Below, one piece after another: positions 34,934 to 42,259 of a stretch of DNA of 42,259 nt. Below the pieces are notes generated by a model, which made no database searches, was not told where the DNA came from, and worked only from the letters and a program-made list of their open reading frames with translations. The DNA lies in assembly GCF_001194135.2 (NCBI RefSeq), contig NC_068987.1, positions 40,310,759 to 40,353,017 on the forward strand, in the 5' to 3' direction. Position 1 is the first letter of the stretch, and the number at the start of each line of letters is the position of its first letter. The DNA comes from Octopus bimaculoides. Taxonomy: Eukaryota. The translations under genes and the position numbers were made by a program.

Positions 34934-35513
34934 AATGGAAGAAAAGGTTAGCTTCGCCACAAGAAAATTGAAATAGCAGCAAAGGACAATAGTGAAGCAA
35001 AGAATGATAGAAACACATGAGAATTATGTCAAGTATTTAAAGGGATATGATTCTAGAAGTTATTAGAGAAAGTAACGAATTACAGGTTACAAAGTTATTT
35101 TAACTCAAGAACATTAGCATATGAGTAATACATGCTAAATGAATGAAAAGAATGATGAACAATTAAAATCTAGAGAAGTTTCTTAGCTTAGCAGCTGGAC
35201 ATTTCACGTCGTGATATGACGGTGTCAAATAGCAGGGCAAGATGAGAGGGTTTGAGAGAAACCATGTGCAAAGGGATTCTTTATATAATCTACAACTGGA
35301 AGTGGTCAAATAAGTGGCTGGCTTTGCTACAAGAAAATTGAAATAGCAGCAAAGGACAATACTGAATGGAAGAAATGGCTAACTTTGCCCCAAGAAAATC
35401 AAAATAGCAGCAAAGGAAAATAGTGAAGCAAAGAACAATAGAAACACATGAGAATTATGTCAAGTATTTAAAGGGATACAATTCTAGAAGTTATTAGAGA
35501 AAGTAACGAATTA
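34934..35513. repeat. Direct repeat of about 150 bp (34934-35082 and 35365-35513) plus a partial third unit (about 35318-35364)
   Basis: aagaaaat..aaatagcagcaaagga..atagtgaagcaaagaa..gaaacacatgagaattatgtcaagtatttaaagggata..ttctagaagttattagagaaagtaacgaatta occurs twice. Confidence 0.85.
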
Positions 35514-35570
35514 TGCCACTCAGATCAGCTCTAACTGTTGCAGTTGTAGTGACACTTTATAGCAGACGAC

Positions 35571-35813
35571 TGTTATATGTTCAATGTCCGGAGTTTTATC
35601 CACACATGCGCAGGGACTAGCTCCGGAAGGAATACAGGAAGAGTCTCATGCGCATGCATGGAGTTCGACACCCAGCTTTGGCGCCTTTTCTCAGTCTCTT
35701 CGTTGACTGATCTCCGTCAAGCCAAGACGTCCAACAGAGCTCTCTCACATGTCAGCACCAGAGCTTCACAAATAACCACGGAAATCATTCAGAAGGCGTC
35801 TCAGTAACCAAGG
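35571..35813 (+). mobile_element. Probable LTR 5' portion, truncated by a gap
   Basis: Starts TGTTATATGTTCA, like the Gypsy LTR start TGTTACATGTTCA at 7402. CpG-rich, with a catgcgcatgc motif like the solo LTR at 8482. Confidence 0.4.
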
Positions 35814-36399
35814 NNNNNNNNNNNNNNNNNNNNNNNNNNNNNNNNNNNNNNNNNNNNNNNNNNNNNNNNNNNNNNNNNNNNNNNNNNNNNNNNNNNNNNN
35901 NNNNNNNNNNNNNNNNNNNNNNNNNNNNNNNNNNNNNNNNNNNNNNNNNNNNNNNNNNNNNNNNNNNNNNNNNNNNNNNNNNNNNNNNNNNNNNNNNNNN
36001 NNNNNNNNNNNNNNNNNNNNNNNNNNNNNNNNNNNNNNNNNNNNNNNNNNNNNNNNNNNNNNNNNNNNNNNNNNNNNNNNNNNNNNNNNNNNNNNNNNNN
36101 NNNNNNNNNNNNNNNNNNNNNNNNNNNNNNNNNNNNNNNNNNNAAAACATTGCAAGTTATGTACCCTAAGCTCTTCCACCTGCTTCTCCCACCTACTGCA
36201 CAACTGTGCTCTAAAAATAAAAGCTTTCTATCTTGCTGTTGATTGTCTGATTGCCACCATCAAGACTGCAACTGTAAAAAACAATGTTGAGAGCAATACA
36301 AAACAATTGGATACCCACCTCAGCCAATTGTGACCAGGTGGGATAGCTGGTTGGATGTTCTACAGCATGAAGACCAGTGGATTGAAGTATTTCGGTTTG

Positions 36400-38590
36400 C
36401 AAGACAGTGTGTCATGAAAAATTGTGATGTTGTTGGAGAGAAGTGCGTTCACATGGATGCTAGTTCACTTGTAGTTTGTGATTCTGCAGAAAAATAGGCT
36501 TGGAAGTGCCACAATGAAAGGCTGCTAAATGTAGAGAACACATGGGAGAAGGAAAGTCTGCCTAATGTGGATTCAACAGAAGGACCAGCAATCTGAGTAG
36601 ACAGTAACCTGGTAGATAAAGCTCCTGGCCATCATGAATCACCCCTGAGATGCTCAAAATATCTAACAGTGTGGGTTATAGTCTAGTCAGCTGAATAGTT
36701 AATCAGGCTGTACATGAGGAAGTCATCTCTAATGACTAGTGTAGCGCTATAGTCAACTGCTGCAAAGGTAAAGGTGGCACCTTAGACAGAAATAATTTCA
36801 TAGGTATCAAATTGTTGGACCAGGTAACAAAAGTTACAATAAGGGTCATAGCTCAATTAATTAGGAAGGGAGTTAGTCTAGATGAGATGCGGTTTGGTTT
36901 TGTGCCAGGGAGAAGCACCACTGATGCTATATTCCTGGTAAGGCACCTGCAGGAGAAGTATTTAGCCAAAAATAAACCATTGTAGTTGGCTTTTGTTGAC
37001 ATGTAGAGAGCCTTTGACAGGTCCCTTATCTTGTGGGCAATATGAAAACTAGGGATAGATGAGTGGTTGACAAGAGCTGTTCAAGTAAAGCAATGAATTT
37101 AGTGTACAGGTAGTTCACCAAGGATCAGGACTCAGCCTCATCTTATTCATCATTGTCCTCCAGGCAATAACAGAGGAATTTTAAGACAGGTTGCCCCTGG
37201 AAGCTCCTCTATACTGATGACCTTGTTCTTATAGCTGAATCTCTACCAGAACTAGAAAAGAAATTTCAAGTGTAGAAGCAAGGTCTGGAATCAGAGGGCC
37301 TTAGAGTTAATTTGGCAAAGACCAAAGTCTTAGTAAGTAGGAGAACAGACAAATCACAAATCCCTTCAGGGAGATGGCCTTGCTCGATATGTAGAAAAGG
37401 CATAGGTAGAAACTCCATAAATTCAAGCTATGGACACATAAGAAGTGCAGCAATATCAGAGGAAGGTTAAGACAGCAAGCTGGCAAAAACGTTAGCACAC
37501 CAGGTGAAATGCTTAGCAGTATTTCATCTGTCTTTACATTCTGTGTTCAAATTCCACCGAAGTCGACTTTGCCTTTCATCTTTTTGGGGTTGATAAATTA
37601 AGTACCAGTTGCATACTGGGGTCAATCTAATCGACTGGACCCCTCCCCCAAAAATTTCGGGCTTTGTGCCTAGAGTAGAAAAGAATATCAGAGGAAGGTT
37701 AACAGAGGAAGTAGTCTTTGTCTGTGGCAGGTGTATAGTACAATAAACACTAGAAATATACAGAAAATAGACTCCATCAAATGCTATAGGAGATACTTAG
37801 AAGTAGNNNNNNNNNNATCTAATCGACTGGACCCCTCCCCCAAAAATTTCGGGCTTTGTGCCTAGAGTAGAAAAGAATATCAGAGGAAGGTTAACAGAGG
37901 AAGTAGTCTTTGTCTGTGGCAGGTGTATAGTACAATAAACACTAGAAATATACAGAAAATAGACTCCATCAAATGCTATAGGAGATACTTAGAAGTAGTA
38001 GTTATTTGGGAGACCGAGTCAGCAGTGGGTGTGGATGCTCTGAGGGTATAACTGCTTGAATAAGAATAGTTGGGGCAAAGTTCAGAGAGCTTCTACCTTT
38101 GTTGGTAACAAAGGACCTCCCCTCAGAGTGAAAGGCAGATTTTATGCTGCCTGTGTGCAAACAGCCATGCTACACGGCAGTGAAACATGGGCTGTGACTG
38201 TAGAGGACATGTGAACATTTGAAAGAAATGAAACTGCATGCTTCACTGAATGTGCAATGTCAGTATGCATGTTTGACAGAGTGTAAGCATCTTGAGAGAA
38301 AAATTGGGCATAAGAGTCATCAGTTGCTGTATGCAAGAGAGAAGACTATGCTGGTATGGTCATGTGATGCATCAGCTGTGCAAAGAAGTACTGATTTCTA
38401 ACTGTGGAGGGAACCTGTGGAAGAGGTAGACTCAGGAAGATGTGGGATGAGGTGAAGCATCTTCGGATGGTGAGTCTCATGGGGCAATGACAAGTTATCA
38501 AGACCTTTGGTGATTTGCTGTACTTCAGAAGACTTGTCAAGCCAAGTGAAATCATAGTCATGGTCAGTGCTGGTAACATGTAAAAGGTAC
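36400..38590 (+). mobile_element. RTE-clade LINE (RT to 3' UTR), decayed
   Basis: FGFVPGRSTTDAIFLVRHLQEKY..AFVDM*RAFD; HQGSGLS; LLYTDDLVLIAES; RVNLAKTK; PLRVKGRFYAACVQTAMLHGSETW. Confidence 0.88.
37471..37683 (+). mobile_element. Second tRNA-type SINE family, inserted in the RTE with a 19-bp TSD
   Basis: TSD aatatcagaggaaggttaa at 37452-37470 and 37684-37702; A-box-like tggcaaaaacgttagc and B-box gttcaaattcc. Confidence 0.88.
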
Positions 38591-39410
38591 CCATGGTAGA
38601 TACATAGCAAAGAGATAATACTGGTATGGAAACACAGCAAGGACATAATGCCAATATAAATAAAGCAAATACATAAATATGGACACACAACAACGACATA
38701 CTTCCTACATGAACATACAACAAAGACATAATCTGAAAATGGACACAGTAAAAGGTAATCACGACACAAAAACAGCAAGGACGTAGTCCAAATATGGACA
38801 TAATCTCAACATCCCAAAATGGACACAGAGGAAGGAGATAATCCTGACATATAGACACAGCAAAGACAGAATCCTAACACAGACACAATCCCACGTTGGA
38901 CATACAGCAAAGGGAGATACGAATATGGACACACAGCAAGGACATAATCCCAACTGGAGAGACAGTAAGAGTATAATTCAAACATGGACAGACAGCAAGG
39001 ACATAGTCCCAACATGAACACAGTAAAAATGTAATCGAAACAGGGACCGGCAGCAAGGACATAATTCCAACATGGACACACAACGAGGGCACAATCACAT
39101 GGACATGATTCCAACATGGACACAGAGCAAATCCATAATCCCTGTATGAACACAACAAAGGATGTAAAATCAGTATGGACACACAGCAAAGACATAATCC
39201 CAACACGAACACAGCAAAAGCATAATCACATGGACAGACAAGAAGGACATAATCCCAACATGGACACACAGCGAAAACACAACCCCAACATGGGAAGGCA
39301 ACAAAGACATAATCCCAACAAGAACACACACCAAAGATATAATCCCAACAGGAACATACAAGGACATAATACTTTTGAATATGTACACACAGCTAGGACA
39401 CAATCAACAA
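38590..39410. repeat. Degenerate minisatellite, unit about 30-33 bp (consensus near atggacacacagcaaggacataatcccaac)
   Basis: Roughly 25 diverged units with recurrent ggacac(a)cagcaa and acataatcccaac. Confidence 0.85.
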
Positions 39411-39531
39411 AGATGTAGACATGTTTGAAATTCAGTGTGTCTTCTAAGATAGAGAAAGTATTTGTCCCTGTTTAAGTTCTTCCAGTTATAAAGCACTGCA
39501 AGTGTGAAAGTAAAAGAGATAATTTACTTAC

Positions 39532-39658
39532 TTAAACAAATACTTAAATATTTCTGCTGTGATGAGACTGGTTGATTCAAAGAACATATGAAAAGGTTCT
39601 CCTTTTTCTTTCAAAGAACCAGCAACCATACCAAACAAAAAACTGAATGTAATAAGTC
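39532..39658 (-). CDS. SLC1/EAAT-family transporter, internal coding exon (127 nt; TM4c-TM5)
   Basis: Not in the ORF track. Acceptor attctatctttacAG (39659-60), donor GTAAGT (39531-26), phase 1-2. Encodes (G)LITFSFLFGMVAGSLKEKGEPFHMFFESTSLITAEIFKYLF(K) and splices in frame to the 29769 exon. Confidence 0.9.
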
Positions 39659-39877
39659 CTGTAAAGATAGAATAATATTAAAATTACTTGTATTGATATG
39701 TCATCAAGCCCATCATGAAAATCCTTTTACTAGCTTTATCAGGTTCTTAAAAACTAATTTCTTAAATTTATTCCATGTCTGGTATAATATCTGTTAATTA
39801 CTTTAAGTTTTTTTTTTACTTTTAACAATTAGAGCTCATAAGGTATAACAGATTTCTTTTTTCACATGCCATTTTAA

Positions 39878-41130
39878 CCCTTTTGATACCAGACTGTCCA
39901 AATAAGGCTGAGAATTTTGATAGTGAATGACACCAAAACTGCTGAAATAACCTAGCCATATTTAAATGAGAATTTCAGCACAAATCTTGTTAGTACATTC
40001 ATGAAAGCAATGTGATTTCACTGCATAAATCATTTGAGTGAGTTACAGTATCCGACATTATTTGGCATGCTATCTATCCTCTGAGAATCTTTGGAGATTT
40101 TTCCCCCCACATTTTTTCTACACTATTATTTGAATTTTATTAACACTGACGGGAAATGGATAACAATTTTATGATGTCAACTAGTGAATCAGAATCTGAC
40201 GGATTTTCAACTGAAGATATGGAAAAATCAAACAAAATATGCAACCAATACAAAAATTACATGGTATGTGAAAATGAATTGGATATTTCTATTTCTGAAA
40301 GTGAAAGCGATTCAGATGATAACTTAAACAGTGACAAAGAAAATGAATATATCTTACAGTAGTTGTAAGTAGGAAAGGGATGTTGTTGGATATAAAAGAA
40401 GCAAAATTTAAAAAAAAGAGGTTAAATAATCCAACAGCAGAAATATTTGATAGTGACTGCATACAGAAGTAAGAGGCAAATCAATTTTTTATCTACTTGT
40501 AAGCAATTTTTTTATCTACCTATGTGGATGAAAAGGGCACTCCATTCGTGAACCTTGATTATAACAAGTACACGGGCAGTGTAGATTGGTTGAATCAAAT
40601 GAACTATTACCCAGTCTACCAAACAAGTAATACATGGTTGCAATATCTGGTTTGGTATTGTAAATATGAGTATTGTTAATGCATTTATATAATATACCAA
40701 GTCAGGAGGGGCAGAAAATGATGTGACCGTCTGCAGTTCTGAGCAGCAGCTGTAGCAACGCAGTTGAGAGCTGATTTTTCTTCCAAAAAAAATAACTTTT
40801 GGGAGAAAAACTAAAGCTTACCAGAGGGACATCTCTCTGAATTCAGCTAATCTCCATAAATTAGAGAAAATCAAGGGTCACAAAAGGCAGTGCTGTGAAT
40901 GTCTTCATTAAAGAAAAAGAAATGCTTTTAGTGAACAGGTTGTTGAAATGAGTTTCCAATATGTATTCTGCAAGCTTGCATTATGTAGAGTGGGGTACTT
41001 TACAAGTTACCATCATAGAAATATTGTGTGATTTGTAAACATATAATTTGATTTTATAAATACTTTTTTCAAATTTACCTCATCTTTATTTTTTATTTAC
41101 CTATAATTTTAATTTAGAGGTATCAATTTG
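39878..41130 (+). mobile_element. piggyBac-family internal-deletion remnant
   Basis: TTAA (39874-77) followed by CCCTTT; acidic N-terminus (40156-40362); DYNKYTGSVDWLNQM..IWFGIVNMSIVNAFI; Cys-rich C-terminus QCCEC..FCKLALC. Right TIR not clearly seen, so the end is approximate. Confidence 0.75.
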
Positions 41131-41470
41131 TATTGTGAATCATATTATATATAATAGAATGCAATTTGTGTCTCATTGGTTGTGCTAGGGAAAGAAGAGT
41201 AAAGCAACAAACAGCATGGGAGTGAGTAACAGTCAGAGGTGGTAAAACAAGCTAACAGCATTCAAAAGCTTTGTTCTGGAGACAGTGATATTTTAATCAA
41301 AATAAAACTGCAAATTTTTATCATAAATTGTATTTAGTTTAGCAGTTTGAGACACACACACACACACAAATATATATATGAAATTAAATACTAAACACTT
41401 TTATTTTCGAAATATTATCATACACATAACAGATGTTACATGAACAAGAAAAAAAAAATATATATATATC

Positions 41471-41636
41471 GGCGCAGGAGTGGCTGTGTGGTAAGTAGCT
41501 TGCTTACCAACCACATGGTTCTGGGTTCAGTCCCACTGCATGGCACCTTGGGCAAGTGTCTTCTACTATAGCCTCGGGCTGACCAAAGCCTGAGTGGATT
41601 TGGTAGACGGAAACTGAAAGAAGCCTGTCGTATATA

Positions 41637-41680
<44 letters not shown>

Positions 41681-41890
41681 TGTGTTTGTTCCCCCAACTT
41701 TGCTTGACAACCGAGGCTGCTGTGCTTACGTCCCTGTAACTTAGCGGTTCAGCAAAAAGAGACCGATAGAATAAGTACTAGGCTTACAAAGAAAAAGTCC
41801 TGGGGTCGATTTGCTCAACTAAAAGGCGGTGTCCCAGCTTGGCCACAGTCAAATGACTGAAACAAGTAAAAGAGGAAAGAGTAAAAGAGT
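41471..41890 (+). mobile_element. Full-length tRNA-type SINE with internal (TG)n
   Basis: Head ggcgcaggagtggctgtgtggtaag..gggttcagtccc (A/B-box-like), MIR/CORE-like ccttgggcaagt, 3' tail gactgaaacaagtaaaagag. Confidence 0.9.
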
Positions 41891-41895
41891 ATATA

Positions 41896-41932
41896 GGTGC
41901 AGGAGTGGCTGTGTGGTAAGTAGCTTGCTTAC
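41896..41932 (+). mobile_element. Second SINE head, cut off after 37 nt
   Basis: ggtgcaggagtggctgtgtggtaagtagcttgcttac matches 41471-41507 (one mismatch), then switches to unrelated sequence. Confidence 0.8.
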
Positions 41933-42259
41933 TCAACTTCCTGTCTTGTGCGTTAGTTACTTCCGGTAGACACGAAGAACAGAGTGGATGGATGTGTTTC
42001 AGCTCCGTCCAATGTTGAACTTTTGAGAAGAACTGAAGAACTGTGTGGACGGGTGTTGTTCGACGCCGTCTAATATTGAGCTACTGAGAAGCCAGCAGAG
42101 GTAGGTGGAATTGTTTTTTGAGCTAGGTTTAATTTATTGTGTTTCATTTGTTTCATTTGTTTCAGTAAATTCAGCCTAGCTCTGGGTAATTTCTTCTGCC
42201 ACGTCGACTGTAGTTGTTTGTTCATATTTAGTGAGCAAATTGTGTTTCTCGTTCGTTGT

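Noticed and set aside
2463-37221. Other CTGATGA/TCATCAG heptamers (near 2463, 9724, 11797, 12292, 24937, 28164, 37214)
   Set aside because: None is followed by a closed stem II plus GAAA-stem III-NUH; most lie in TE coding sequence.
37625-37998. Exact 182-bp duplication (37625-37806 and 37817-37998)
   Set aside because: The copies look identical and flank a 10-N gap, typical of an unmerged contig overlap rather than a real duplication.
38590-39410. CRISPR-like or other prokaryotic repeat-spacer array
   Set aside because: Units are contiguous and degenerate with no unique spacers, and the context is a spliced animal gene.
38346-39418. Several overlapping Cys-rich ORFs (CPCWDYV repeats)
   Set aside because: Produced by the minisatellite in multiple frames; no splice or homology support.

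Overview
AT-rich, repeat-dense animal genomic DNA with eight N gaps. The SINE and RTE-tail families look like those of Octopus; this species assignment is inference, not a database result. One host gene is visible on the minus strand: three internal coding exons (39532-39658, 29536-29769, 16797-16991) of an SLC1/EAAT-family transporter. They splice in frame with canonical GT-AG sites, but the family's NMDGT..YE ion/substrate motif reads NAGGS..FI. Its other exons were not found in the window. The rest is intronic or flanking transposon debris: two Tx1-type L1 LINEs, a Gypsy element with a nested solo LTR, a Helitron helicase fragment, TIR-bounded Tc1 and mariner copies, several RTE LINEs, piggyBac and hAT/CGGBP-like remnants, many tRNA-type SINEs, microsatellites and a minisatellite. 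The most unusual signal is in the 12.5 kb intron (16992-29535): five type I hammerhead-ribozyme motifs from three unrelated sequence families. They have short, mostly palindromic stem III, sit in outward-facing inverted-repeat cassettes, and lie near a GIY-YIG endonuclease remnant, which suggests Penelope-like or retrozyme-like elements. All folds and alignments were done by eye and need computational confirmation.
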